The notes beneath the pieces were generated by a model that was not told the origin of the DNA, did no database searches, and saw only the letters and a program-made list of their open reading frames with translations. Made by a program: the position numbers and the translations under genes. From Anthoceros angustus (taxonomy: Eukaryota > Plantae > Anthocerotophyta), in contig VJWM01000103.1 in the NCBI GenBank assembly GCA_010909165.1, forward strand, positions 682,001 to 746,000: a stretch of 64,000 nucleotides of DNA. Reading direction: 5' to 3'. Positions 14,022-27,159 of the stretch are shown one piece after another; position 1 is the stretch's first letter; every line of letters begins with the position of its first letter.

Positions 14022-14870
14022 GGCAATTAGTGAGTCGCAGTGTACCAGGGAAACCGCTTCCGTCCTCAGGAGAAGAGAACAATTCGGGTAGTTGGTGTGC
14101 CCAGGCTGGTGTACCTGGAGATTCCACAATTCCACATCTCACAGCTGGAGATGTGTCTGGCTCTGGATCTTCTTCCAAGTTTAAAACATGAGCCCAAATT
14201 CCCAGGTAGCAGATTTTACGAAAGGATGTCTTTTCTTGAAGTTGTTATTCAATGGAAAGGCTCACTTACCTCCTTGTGCCTACGGGACGGGCCCTGTTTA
14301 CGGGGAGGCCCGCCCCGTAGTAGCTCCGTTTTCCGGAGCCGCCAGGTCCCTCCTCAGACGCCGCCGTCAAGCTGGTTGACAGTCGGAGTAATAGTTACGC
14401 CCGGGTAACATCTGTAGGTTGGCTACGTACATACGCATGTACATACGTAGGGTGGCGGATGCGGATGCGGATGCCACCATGACGGAAGACATCCGTGTTC
14501 CCCTCCCACACACTCCGAGGCCAGGAAGAGCTCCGCACGTGCCAGGGAGGTGGCCCTGGCGGCATCGTCCCGCTCTCGTCATCATACTTTCCTGACTTCA
14601 CAGCTTCCGCTGATGAGCGCAGGCTCCAGCGAGGTGCGTCGGAAAGGCGACAGCATCACCCGGGCCGAGGAGGCGGCAAGGACACTACACACCACGCTTC
14701 CTCCCTTGACGAGCTCAACTGGAGCTTCTCATAAAAATTAACTGCAGCTCATGGGCGCGCTGAGAAAGTGGCGGAGCTGACGTGCTGCGGCTTGTGAGTA
14801 TTACGGCTAAGACCCCCAACATCGTAGTAATTATGGTGCTAATTCGTACCATAGAAATGCGAATTACCCT

Positions 14871-15410
14871 CACGACTGCCAGCGAATCCCCTGTTCACAC
14901 CATAAGGTTCCGCCACTGAATAGAATTTAGGGCGAACTGACCACCCTGGATGGCCTCATGAGCAGTGCACCTTGCTGTTAAGGAGCAACAACATTCCCAA
15001 AGTTTGGGATAACACCGAATTTACACAGCATTGAAGGAGTGCAAGATGGTGCAATGAACAGAGTCCAGACACCAAACCGAAACTGACAACAAACAAACAC
15101 ACACTACTGTATCCATCACCAGTAACGCTACAACAATGAGGCAGGCACAAAAACTTGGAAGACAACACGCCACTCGTAAGGATGGATATTGCACAGTCAG
15201 GACCAGATTGTTGTGGATGGGGTATTGACGACCATCATACCATAGCTCGCAGATGCAGATCTGCTCGATGACGGGCCACCTCGCCCGGGAGCATCCGCAG
15301 ACCTCCTGAACCCTGACAGTCTGGATCAGAAACGTTTGACCGAATCGAAATTCCTCAACACCGCGCCAGCCTGATCCCTCATCCCTGATCCCGAGCCAAT
15401 GCTTCCTGGA
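14871..15410 (-). pseudogene. Truncated genomic duplicate of the NSF 5' end (5' leader, exon 1, U12 intron, exon 2)
   Basis: Colinear with ~23110-23750; ATG mutated to CTG; ~90-nt deletion inside exon 1; intron retained. Confidence 0.9.
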
Positions 15411-15816
15411 ATGCAGTTGAGGCATATCGTGAATTTTTCGCAGGATACGATGTGCACTTTTGGCGGGAAATTAGGTGTTTACAACGATTGTAAGGTCCAT
15501 AGGGGTTGCCTGATTATGATGTCTACCGCTGTTGTAAGGCCCTTCATGCTCCTCTGAAATTACATGGAAGTGATGGATAGACTAAAAGAAAATTCCATTC
15601 ATTTTTTTACATAAATTATTATTTTATTTTTATATATATATAATAATCAGTTATAGAACAAATAAAATAAAGTAAAAATATTTAAAAAGATAAAATTTAT
15701 TAGTAGCTGCCCTTTTGAGAAGATGCACGGGTTGCATGCTTCCCTATTAAAGACCATTAATTCCTCTCTAGTAGATAAAAAATGAAGTAAGTGGTGTCAT
15801 TTCATCATACACTCTG

Positions 15817-15902
15817 TTGAATGAATAAGGGCTAGACATATGTGGAGTAGTGAAAGGCTTTTGAATGAATACGAGCTAGACATATGTGGAGTAGTGAAAG
15901 GC
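15817..15902. repeat. 44-bp tandem duplication
   Basis: ttgaatgaata...gctagacatatgtggagtagtgaaagg at 15817 and 15861. Confidence 0.9.
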
Positions 15903-15949
15903 CCTATAGTAGTGGCAAAATCATATTCGATGCTGGACATATAAGAACC

Positions 15950-16705
15950 ACATAAGAACGGAATCATTTAATATGGTTAAACTTACAACCGATTATTTTG
16001 TTGTAAATATAGATTTACGTAAGTGTTGTAAAAGACACGTTGTATAAACAGCGTATTCCCTATTGTAAAGCAGTGTTATTAAATACAGGTCATTGTTGTA
16101 AAAGACACGTCATTGTAAAAAGAGTATGCCCTATTGTAAAAGTCGTGTTGTTAAACACAAGGCAACGTTGTAAAAGACACATCGTTGTAGAAAGCGCATT
16201 TGCTGTTGTAAAAGTCATGTTGTTAAACACAGGCAAACGTTGTAAAGGACATATCGTTTGTAAACAGTGTATTCCCTGTTGTAAAAGCCGTGTTATCAAA
16301 CACAGGCCAATATTGTAAAGCAATACCGTGTTGTAATTAGAGTAGACGGTATTGTAAAAGTAGTATTGTAAAACACCGGCCATCATTGTGAACAAACAGC
16401 GTATTGTAAAAGTAGTGTTGTAAAACACCAGCCATCATTGTAAACAGACAGCTATTATAGTTATACACTAATTCCATTGTAAAAAATCCATGTTGAAAAG
16501 TATAGTATGTTGTAATCTTGCAAATCCCCTTTGTAAAAGCTCCTAAAGAGTGCCACGTCATCAAAATACATCATAAAAAATAGCCCTCGTTGTAAAACAT
16601 CAAACCCATGTTGTAAAGTGTTAAAATCTATACAAACATAATACATGGGTTTAACACCCAGTAGTAAAAAGAATGGACGTAAAAACCCCGTCTTTAGTTT
16701 TGAAG
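15950..16705. mobile_element. TTGTAAA-core tandem array (~72-bp higher-order period), probably subterminal repeats of a non-autonomous DNA transposon (CACTA-like)
   Basis: Roughly 30 TTGTAAA-like cores every 13-22 nt; units such as gttgtaaaagacac recur at ~71-73 bp; ends only loosely inverted. Confidence 0.5.
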
Positions 16706-16737
16706 GGTAGTAGAGTGTGTGTTTTTTTAATGGTGAT

Positions 16738-18030
16738 TGTTGCAGCCACTAATGAAGAGTTGGCTAGAAAGGGCTCTTAGTAATGAGTGGTTTGCAAGAA
16801 TTGCCTAAGTTAACAGTTGCCTAGTTGAGGTGAGCTTGCGGGATATATAAAGGTTAGAACAAGAGATCAAATTCATTCATCAAGCATGTTAATGTGCGTT
16901 GCAAGCCTTGATGTTGAGAGAATTGTGGAAAGCCTAGCTAGTGAGTTTGTTCTCGAGGCAAGGGAAATAGCGGTGGACTTGACGGTGGGCTACTTGGAAC
17001 CTAGTGCTGCATCGACGGTGGGTTATTTGGAACCTAGTGTTGAACAGTTCATTCCTCCCAGTGACTGTTCATTGTTCATTCCTTGCAGGTTATTCATTCC
17101 TCGATCGTTCATTGTTCATTCCTCGATGTTCATTCCTCCCGGATGTTCATTGTTTATTCTTCGGATCGTTGTTTATTGTTTATTCTTCCGATGTTGTTCA
17201 TTCCTCCCGATCGTTCATTGTTTATTCTTCCTGATCGCTCATTCCTCCGATCGCTCATTGTTCATTTCGTAGTGATCGTTCATTCCTCCCGTGATCGCTC
17301 ATTCCTCCCGATCGTTTCAATCCTGATGCAGGTAAGCACTTGAATTCATATAAGCACTTCCTCGACCAACAACCAAGCAAACAAATCTAATACGGAGATA
17401 TATATAGTGTAAACCAATAACAACAGGAGGAAGTAGCTCGCGCATTGTGGCACAAACACACTCTCCCCACGAGAACAACACGCAAATTCCTCACACATCG
17501 CTCTCGGAGTCATAGCTTTGGCCTCCCCACGAGAACAACACGCAAATTCCTCACACATCGCTCTCGAAGTCATAGCTTTGGCCTCCCCATGAGAACAACA
17601 CGCAAATTCCTCGGAGTCATTCGTTCTCGGAGTCATAGCTTTGGCCTCCTCACAACACCCTTGCATTGCATATCTATAGAGACAAGCTATGATCTGAGCT
17701 TGTCCTCTATGGAAGGGTCTATATATCTAGACCTGGCATATTCCTAAGATATCCTATTGGCATCGATATGCGGAAATATCCTAAGAATACGATTATATGC
17801 AAGGAATATGCTGACATATTACTTGAGCTTATCCACTTAGCTATTGCTAACCATAATTAATTAACACTAATCAATGCTTAATTAACATAAGCACTTTAGA
17901 TTAATTAACACTAATTACTTTCTTAAAAATAAGTAATTAGATTAATTAATGCTAATCAAACACTAAACCCAAGTGCAGATTAGTATCACACGGCATGACA
18001 CCTCCCAGTGACTGTTCATTCCTCCCAGTG
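16738..18030 (+). mobile_element. LTR-like/transposon remnant with internal minisatellites
   Basis: TGTTG start, TATA-like ggatatataaagg ~16841, cgatcgttcattcctcc array 17045-17320, 60-bp repeats; no coding domains or TSD found. Confidence 0.35.
17463..17650. repeat. 60-bp tandem repeat, about 3 copies
   Basis: ctccccacgagaacaacacgcaaattcctc...gtcatagctttggc aligns vertically on lines 17461/17521/17581. Confidence 0.95.
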
Positions 18031-18777
18031 ACTAGAGAGTGCACAATATCATTAATTAGAAGCGCAAGAAGATGCTCAAGAAGCATTCGGCTTTCATCCA
18101 ACTCATCTGCCTGTAGATTAGAAAAAGATGTACACCGTGACAAGGAGAAGTCATCGCCGGCCTAAAGATATTGTGGGGTTATCTGGAAATAAATCAGAAG
18201 ATTGGAAGAAGTAGCAGCATGCCAATTTTGGAGCCTTTGCGTAGATATTTTGGAGCCTTTGCGTAGATATTTTGGCCCATCGTTTCGTAGTTAAGGCCTT
18301 GGTGAGCAAGTGCTTTGTGCTGTGGTGTTTTGGTAATATGTTTGCTAGCCGTGGGTAGTTGTGAGATGACCACACCGAGCATAGATACTCTTTCCCTTGC
18401 ACGTGGCTATGGAGTTCGAGTGAGACATGGAAGCTATGGAGTTCGAGTGAGACATGGAAAAAATGTGAAGGGAAGGAGTGAGAGCCCAAATTTTTCCGGA
18501 GCACGAGTCACTAGAGCAAGACGCACTCGTACTTGTGCAGTAGAGAAGTCCCCGGATTTTTCCTAAATTATTTATTACTTATAAACAGTAATTCCCTCAA
18601 AACAGGGAAAACCCCTTAGGCGTTCATGGTTTATCAGCTAAAGATAGCGTCATGGCATGAAGGAGGGCGCCCTTGCCCGCAACCATGTGAACACCCGGGT
18701 AGGTGTTATTTCCGGGCTTTCCGTAGCAGGCCCCGGGTAAAATGAAGACCCGCCCTAAGAACATTCAAGGTTGAAAA

Positions 18778-21700
18778 CTAAGATAGGTCCCGGAGACAGT
18801 CGTAAAAGTGGCTTAGACTGATTTTTGATTGGCCCGAATATATCGCTGCAGCCTCTCCATCCTTCCCACTGGCAGCCATCTCGACGAGCATCAGCAACCT
18901 CTTCACAGGTACCTGTGTAGAGACAATTCCCAACCCACGATTCAGAGACAGATTATGACTTCCTCTCAAATTCATTGATGCACGAAGATCGAGTGCCGCA
19001 TCAACATATACCTCATCCGGCAAAGCGTCCACTGCGGAGTCCAGATCTTGAGGTGCAAAGACATTAAGCCCTGACAGCACCTGAAATGTTGCCATGGGGC
19101 AGGTCAGATATAGAGCAAGAAGCCAGCAGCTCACCTGCTGCACCTTACATCGAGACAGAGTGAAAAGGAAATAAGATCCTACAAGCTTTATGTCTTGCTG
19201 GCGCAGATTGGGAACATGTAGCTGCACATTGAAAGCCCCAACTACACCTAACGGCTCCATGACATCCACAACGCTCGTTGTACCAATGACGAGGAGCTTC
19301 CTTCCCTGAGGTATTCTCCGACATAAGTAGTCAGACAAGATTCACAGCATGCCATTGAAAAGCAGGTCTTCTAAAGGCTCATTACTTAGCTACCTTCGGT
19401 GGGCTGCGTTTGACAAGTTGAAGAATAGTCTGCAGAATAAGATTTGAGAACCGAGGTCCAATAGCCACGTACTCAATTAACCTGCAAAAATATTGAGACC
19501 ATGAACATCTCACCATGAACTGCCCGTTTTGGCTCCGATTAAAATACAGCTCAGACAGTTGCACTGACCTCTCAATTTCATCAATGATGATAACGCTCAA
19601 AGGAGACTTGTACGAGTCTTCAAAGACCTACGCATACACAGTTCAATCAGCACTTTCGTCAGTTTACAGTCTTTGCAACTTCGAACACAGAAGCCAAGCC
19701 ACCAGTCTGAGAGGGGTACCTTTGCAATTATACCACACTTGCTATGTTCTGAGAATCCAATCATGCTCTCAGCTGCAATCTGAGTCAAAGCATTTAAGTC
19801 CATGTCAGGTGCCCTACATATTCTTGAAGCTGACTGGAGACAATGATCTTTCACATCAATTGAAACTTACAACTTTCACGAAAGGATAATCACTGTCGAT
19901 TGCTATCGTAGCTGCCAAAGCCGTCTTCCCACTGCACATACAAAGAAAGTCGTAAGCTTTAACCCAACCCCTTTCATCATAGCCACTTGCCTCAGTCCAT
20001 ATTTTAGCATACCTTCCGCTTGGCCCCTCAAGCAGGCAAGTCAAAAGAGGAGTACTGCTTTTGACCTGTTCGACTAGGGTCATCGCTATCCGTTGAATGT
20101 GAGAATGCTTATCACCGCAGTCTAGCATCCCATTAACCCTGTTATTCATAGCAAGCAGTGCCAGCAACATTAAAACTGGTGATAATATGCAACCTATGAG
20201 CAGTAATCTGTGACATATGGAAGCCTGTTAGAATTCAAACCTGCACAAATCTAGTGTACTGATAGCAGCTCCAAACGCGGGCTGTACTTCCTCGAGAGCA
20301 CTGATAAAATCATCCATGGTGACTTTGATATTGTCCTCATCCAAGGGTTTGGACAAGTCGTTGACATTCACTTGTCGATTAAGAGCAAATGATACTGCAC
20401 TTTTCACCAGACCTTCAAGCTCAGCTCCACTGAAATTCTTGGTTCGCGCAGCTGAGCATGGAAGCACAAGATATCAGACTCCATGCATATCGCAAGTGTT
20501 TGTGAATCAATAAGCTGGCACATTACTGCTTAGGACAACTAGTAATGAGAACACCCATCAGAAGAGATTCTCATATGATCACATGATGCCAACACGTGTG
20601 TGTAAGACTTACCCAGTTCCTCCAGGCTGACATCTGCAGCAAGAAAGGAGCTCTCTCGCATTCGATTCGAGTGTATTGCAAGTATCTGAAGACGTCCTTT
20701 ATCATCTGGCAGCCCTATTTCAATTTGCACCTCCAGACGACCAGGCCTGTACATCATTTTGTATGCAACTATTACCCAAGAGATAGTGATAAAACGTTCA
20801 ACTGCTTGGCAAAAGGCATCACTACATCCGTGCAACAAACTCACATCCAGGTTCCACCGAAATTATCATGTTAGTTGGAACCTCTGAAGTCCTATCCATG
20901 TCTTACCGTAGCAGAGCTTCATCCAGCAGATCTTTCCTGTTGGTCATTCCAATAAGGAGGATATTGTTCAATGCTTCCACTCCATCAATCTGAGAGCACC
21001 TCACAATAAGCACAGACATGAGATGGTGAAATTTCTGAAGAGTCTCAGGCCCCAAAGAAATGACCACAGCCACAGAGAAGCAGAGTATCTGCGGATACAA
21101 GAAAATAAGGGAGCTAATAGTACAGTAAGCCTACGCTTCCATGGTAAAACCCTGAAGACCGAATTTAAGAAAGGGAAAAGCTGACTGAAAGGAAGGTGTG
21201 ACATGAAGACATTGATAGCAATATAGGGGAAGTTCCTGTACCTTGGTCAGAAGTTGGTTTACGATGCTATCGTGCACCCCTGTGCCATCTCTAGTTGATC
21301 CTCGAGCCTGACAAGCAACAGAGCGTCAGCACTTCCCCTGTCTCGACAGAAGTACATAGATCACCAGTCTTCCCCACAAGTAGCACAGATCAAGAATGTC
21401 AGCGTAGGGTGGGGAAAGAGGACCTTGCATATAGCATCAATCTCATCAAAAATGATAATATGTAAGTCACTCTGTTCACCTGTAGACATATGTAATGAGA
21501 CAAACTGAGCACAGCCATCGGGTTCAAACACATTCAACAACATGGAGTGCTACTTGTAAAAGCGCTTGCACGTCCCAATAGGAAATCACTCAATACATAC
21601 CACGTGTCCTCTGATCACTCTCTGCATCTGCAAACAGATCCCTTACATTCTTCTCTGTCTCGCCAACAAACTTGCTAAGGACTTCAGGGCCATTGACAAC

Positions 21701-23669
21701 CTGCAGATTGTAAAACTTGTTTGAACATCACTTGCCATACATCTCAAACATATTCATGACAAGACCTCAAGAAGAAATTTGATTTAGTCTATACATCACC
21801 CTCCTTGCAATGGACTCATGACACTCAATAGAATACACCCTAATGTTTCAGTACCTTTGGTTCACGGCCGTTTAGCATCTTCCCTATCTGTCGGGCAATA
21901 AGGGTCTTCCCCGTACCAGGAGGCCCAAAAAGTAGGAGTCCCTTCACATGATTTATACCCAACCTGTGCAGCCAGACAAGTACAACAGCTACTAGCCGCT
22001 CTCATTATGTACAACAGAGGAGCGCGAATGCATTGACTCCAGGAAGGAGAAGCCCTGATTTACTAGAGCCACAAGCAGCTAGGAAGATATTCAAAAAAAT
22101 AATCCTGAATTTCTTACTTGCTGATCACATGTGGGGGGAAAACCCTTGATGCAAACGCCCTTCGAAAAATGTCAGCAAATTCTGCATCAAGGCCACCGAT
22201 CCCCAGCTTTGTGAAGTTGATTTCTTTGGACTTGAACAGATTAGTTGCTGAACCTCCCCGCTGATTCAAGATCTGTGGCACAGGCAGCACGAGCTCAATG
22301 AGATAGATGTAAGGATCAGCTTGTTAAGCAGGCTGGTCATACGTACAAGATCTGCAAATGCATTGCTTTGGTGAGACCATGATCTCCTGAACAATTCCCA
22401 AAGAGCACCATGCTCACCTTAATACCAGAATTACTTGGCGTTTCAAAGAGAATAGTTGTTTCTTTGGTCAAAAGTCCCCGGGTAGAGGAATCTGTGTCCA
22501 GCTGACCTTCCACAATGGCCTGCACTACCGCAAGGACATAATTTGTCCCGACGTACTCGAATGAGAGTTTCTGTCCCACAGTGAAGACCTGCAAGTAGCC
22601 AACTCTAATTACATCAAAATTCATTTGCTGGTGACCCTCTTGAGCAGAATACAGAAATCTTACAAGCTGCCAGAAAACATGCACCACACCTGCCCAGCAA
22701 ATCTCCTCTGAACTTCTGCAGACAAAACATTTGCATCAAGCTGCAAAAAATCAAGTCAGTCAGTGAATAACACTGCAGCGGCTAGTGAAACAAAGTCCCA
22801 ACCTCGTACGTACTTCAGCTGCAGGGAACACCACAACCAGTCTGACCTGCTCGTTCTTTCCTGGACGATGTTTGAAGAATTCCACTTCTGCGGTGAGGAC
22901 AACCAATTTGAAGTTGGAATCTGCGGGTGTGAACCTGAAACAGAATGCAGTCTATCAGATTCCAGTGAAGTGGACGGGGGCATCCCTGCAAGTGGAACCT
23001 GAAGCTGACTCTATAGTCATCTGACTCTTTTTACAGGAGAACGTCATGTTTCAGGGCAACAACGAAGAGCATCTATGAGATGCCTTGACGAGCTTCAGCG
23101 CTAACCTGACGACTGCCAGCGAATCCCCTGTTGACACCATAAGGTTCCGACGCTGAATAGAATTTAGGGCGAGCTGACCATCCTGGACGGCCTCATGGGC
23201 AGTGCAGCTTGCTGTTAAGGGGCAACACCATTCCCAATTTTTGGAGTGCTTGCTATTCCCAATTTTGATGACACCGCATTTACACAGCATACAAGGAGTG
23301 CAAGATGGTGCAATCAGCAGAGTCCAGACACCAAACCGAAATAACAACAAACATACACACACCACTGTATCCATCACCAGTAACTACGACAATGAGGCAG
23401 GCACAAAAAATTGGAAGACAACACGCCACTTGTAAGGATGGATATTGCACAGTCAGAACCAGATTGTTGTTCACCAACGCCAGCGCCTGTCTTCGATCAC
23501 GGGTCGCAAACAACTCGAAATCGTTGTAAGAGCAGTATGCACAATTGGTGAGTGCGAGCTCGATGGATGGGGTATTGATGACCTTCATACCACCGCTTGC
23601 AGATGCAGATCTGCTCGACGACGGGCCAGCCCGCCCGGGAGCATCCGCAGGCCTCCTGTACCCTGACAT
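18778..23669 (-). CDS. NSF: Vesicle-fusing ATPase (N-ethylmaleimide-sensitive factor), about 20 exons
   Basis: [16 protein letters not shown]; [21 protein letters not shown]; Walker A GPPGTGKT; Walker [13 protein letters not shown]; RPGRLEV; [13 protein letters not shown]; D2 GPSGSGKT; IGPRFSN; all introns resolved in phase. Confidence 0.97.
23202..23445 (-). other. U12-type AT-AC intron (NSF intron 1)
   Basis: Donor ATATCCATCC, branch CCCCTTAAC about 13 nt from terminal AC; splicing restores the frame [12 protein letters not shown]. Confidence 0.88.
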
Positions 23670-24682
23670 TCTGGATCAGCAACTTCCAACCGGATCGAAA
23701 TTCCTCAATAGCACCCGCGCCAGCCTGATCCCGAGCCAATGCTTCCTGGAAAATGGAAGCCCAACTACTGATGAGAAATCACCCCAACGCCATCAGCAGG
23801 CGGGTTCTCCAATTTGAGCTTTCACGACTGGTGGCACTACGATGCCAAATCATACATGTCGTCCAGCGGAACAAGAAGTATGTTCAGCAGCTGCTCCTTT
23901 GGAACTTCCGTTGGATGTTGAGGTACATAGGTAGACTAGACTATACAGTCTCCTTCCCTCTCGTAATTGTTTCCCACTATGTTAACGGGATCAGTGATTT
24001 CGCTAATAGGACTTCCCCAACACGTCACCACCACCGTGAGGGTTTCAGATCCGGGTTTGCTGGTTCTGGTTTCTCTTCCCTCACATTTTCCCCGGACACG
24101 ACCTAATCATCCCGTGATGTGCATGAGAAAGGGATCAGTGCTCTTGCAAAGGCTTCACCATCATCAAAGGGTTTCGGGATTGGAGTTTAGGCTTTGGGGT
24201 GTAAGACCTAGAGGTTACCTGATAAATCACTGTATAAATCATTTTATATCAATGCAGTCTACAGAGTTCGCATGCAAACATCCAAGCACACACGAGGGTA
24301 CACAAATGACCGTTCCATGACTCGTTCGACAGAGTTACATCTCCTTACAAATTCTATATTCTCGGCGGGAATGCCTTGGAGATGTTTGTTTCATTCGATG
24401 TTTCCAGATGTGGGGGCCTCTAACGATTAGCTAGCGACCCCCTCATTTCCAAGACCACTATCCCTCATGAGCCACCAGATTTGGTGTTTCTTCCGGAGTT
24501 CGTGAGTCCGCGCTGAATGCGTTCTCCGAAAGCAACACCGAGCATCCAAGTGAACATTCCAGAGCCGATTCTGCATTCCAGGGGAATGTTGTCAGCGGCC
24601 GACAACGTACGCAACACCGGGAGCATTTGTGCGAGTGTCTACGAATCCCTGAAGAGGGACCCATAAACATCTTCTCGATACG

Positions 24683-26046
24683 TCAGCAGCTTTTGGTAGC
24701 ACTTTCACATTCCTTTCTCTTTGCCATCGCCTTCAACTTGCGGTAGCCCTTATCCGTGCCGAAGAGCCTACAGGAGGGCACAAGTAAGACACACAAGCGA
24801 ACTACAAATGATGTACTTCTCTCTCCACCATTGCAGTCCAGTCACATCAGCACCAATGGGGAGACAAGGACCTACCAGTCCATGTAGGTGAAAGTTGATG
24901 CATAATTTCCAGATTTCGTGTAGAGTAGCCGGTGGTGATAATCATGAAAATCTGCCCTGCTGACACATGCCACGTTAGACGGGATCAACACCCAAGCCCC
25001 TACCACTACAGGGTTCCAGACACAACCCACCCGCCATATATCGGTAAGAATCTTGACAGGCTCCAAGGGAAGTCATATCCACAATGAGCTTCCACGGTCT
25101 CTAAAACTCGAACGCTCATCCACAGCCATAGAGTAAGCAGGTGGGGACCCGTGATCGCAGGCCCAAAGATGGTTGCGAAACCCAGGAAAAGGATCTCAGC
25201 AGGGTGAGCATATTCTGAAGTCAATCCAAATGGAGTAGCATACCTGCAGAGGCCACATTGTCAAAGACATGTCACCAATCAGATCTTGGGGGTTCACATC
25301 CCAAGCGCTTAGCCAAGATCTAGCTACATGCGGTCCGAATAACACAAGGCACGTTCTTGGTTAGACCATGCAAACTAACGAACAGAAGTGTGCTCAACAC
25401 ACTGGACTCACTCATGGTGGACGCTGTGAACATGCTTGTAGAGCCACTTCGTATGAAGAACTCTGTGACCCCAGTAAAAAATGAAGTCCTCCAGAATGAA
25501 ATATGCAGCGATTTGAAAGCAGATGGTTGACCTACAAAACCTCGTAAATATCACTCGCAGGTCGCACGAGATCGGAAAATTTGGAAGCATCAGAGAACTT
25601 GTCGGAGGGTTACTTCACCATGAGGGCAGGGGCAGTGTACTTCTGAAACCCATATACTTAAAAACTGGGTAGGAGGCCACCATGACCGGCAGATTGACTC
25701 CAAAGTGATACAGAAGCAAACGGACGATGCACTTTTCCTGCGCAGCTGGAGTGTTCATCTTTGGCTGTGGATGCAACAGGAAGACAAAACACAGGTTTCA
25801 GAAAAATGCCTGGCGTAAAACTGGGAAACATACAACACCAACAACAAGATTGCGCTGAAGAACGGAGAAGAGGAAACAGACCTGAATCTTGTACTTCTGC
25901 AGGCCCCAGGTCTCCATCAGAAGATAGGGTAAGCCAGACAGGAAGAACACGCTTTCATGTATGATGAAGCTCCCGAATGCAGCGAGTTGAAAGTCCGAAA
26001 AGTTGTTGGTCAAAACCAGCCACGCAGACTCCAACGCAGTACCCAT
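24683..26046 (-). CDS. SMO2: Sterol 4-alpha-methyl oxidase 2
   Basis: LESAWLVLTNNFSDFQLA...HESVFFLSGLP; His boxes HRVLH, HVHSVHH, FHDYHH; YATPFGLTSEYAHPAE; YMDWLFGTDKGYRKLK; 6 exons. Confidence 0.95.
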
Positions 26047-26570
26047 AGCGATCTGCTCAGAAGCAGTGCGTGCGCGCTATTGTCGCTCCCGCATCGGAGC
26101 TTCTCAGATTTCGCTCCAACGACAAGACCGAGACAGCGGATAGACAGAGAGGCAACGGCTGGCTCTTTTTATGGTGTCATGTGAGAAATATCAGACGGAT
26201 CCCACCACAAAATTAGCCAGCCGTTGCACTCCCATTCTGTGAACGCCGTCCGCACTTGTTGAACAGGACGGGGGAGGGAAGTCATTCTATTAGTAGGCAC
26301 AAATATGTCCTCTCTTAGAACTTATCTACTTTGAGTGCGATTCCTAGCCTAAAGACGAACGGTATAATAAACAATTATGTACACATTCCACATATCATTA
26401 TGTTGATTATTTTTATTCCATGTAATGAATATGATATTTTGTGTGGTATGTACCAACAATGTTCACGCGATTCTTCAATATGGTTTTGAATGTTCATGTG
26501 ATCCTTCAAAGTGTTGAAGTCTTTTCATTTTTTACGTCATCAATTTGGTACCGTTTGTTGGTGCCAACAA

Positions 26571-26770
26571 CATGTGATCTGCCAAGTCCGGACTAGTAGT
26601 TGCTCTCCACTTATGAACTAGTAGACACTATGTATGTACATATTTTACTCGCCACGGAGCAAGTGCTTTGAATTCTATGTGACTAGTAGGTGGGTTCCAC
26701 TTGTGAACTATCGACACTCTTTATGTGCATGTGTACTTTACTTGCCACGGGGCCAAGTGCTTTGAATTCT
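26571..26770. repeat. Diverged ~110-bp tandem duplication
   Basis: gactagtag...ccactt.tgaacta...gccacgg...caagtgctttgaattct at 26571 and 26681. Confidence 0.8.
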
Positions 26771-27159
26771 TAAGTGACCGTTTAGTACCATTCTTGGTAC
26801 CCATATCATGCAAAAATGAGACGTATTTTTCAAGTGCCTTGGCGACACGATGTTTTCTTCACATACATAGGGTTATCTTTAAAATGATGTATTTTATACT
26901 AATTTCAATTAAATTAAAAACTATAGATAAAAATAAGCAATACATAGGCACTTATGTGCAAGTGTATGATAGTGACACATTTCAATTTAATTTAATTCAA
27001 CTTAATTCCATTCAATTCAATCCAAGAAGAAGGTTGTCTACCACACACAACCCCCCAAGCTTCCCCTAACTCTGAAACAACGCCATGGACTTGCACTACA
27101 TAGAGCACTTATTTTGCTCTATTAAAACTAAACATTATTTACCATAATAGAGATTGTAT

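Noticed and set aside
14470-14745. GC-rich coding-like fragment next to the NSF copy (possible captured gene piece)
   Set aside because: No frame gives a recognisable protein and no element ends were found
16020-16620. CRISPR-like repeat/spacer appearance
   Set aside because: Core is only 7-8 nt, intervening sequences are themselves repeated, there are no cas genes and the context is eukaryotic
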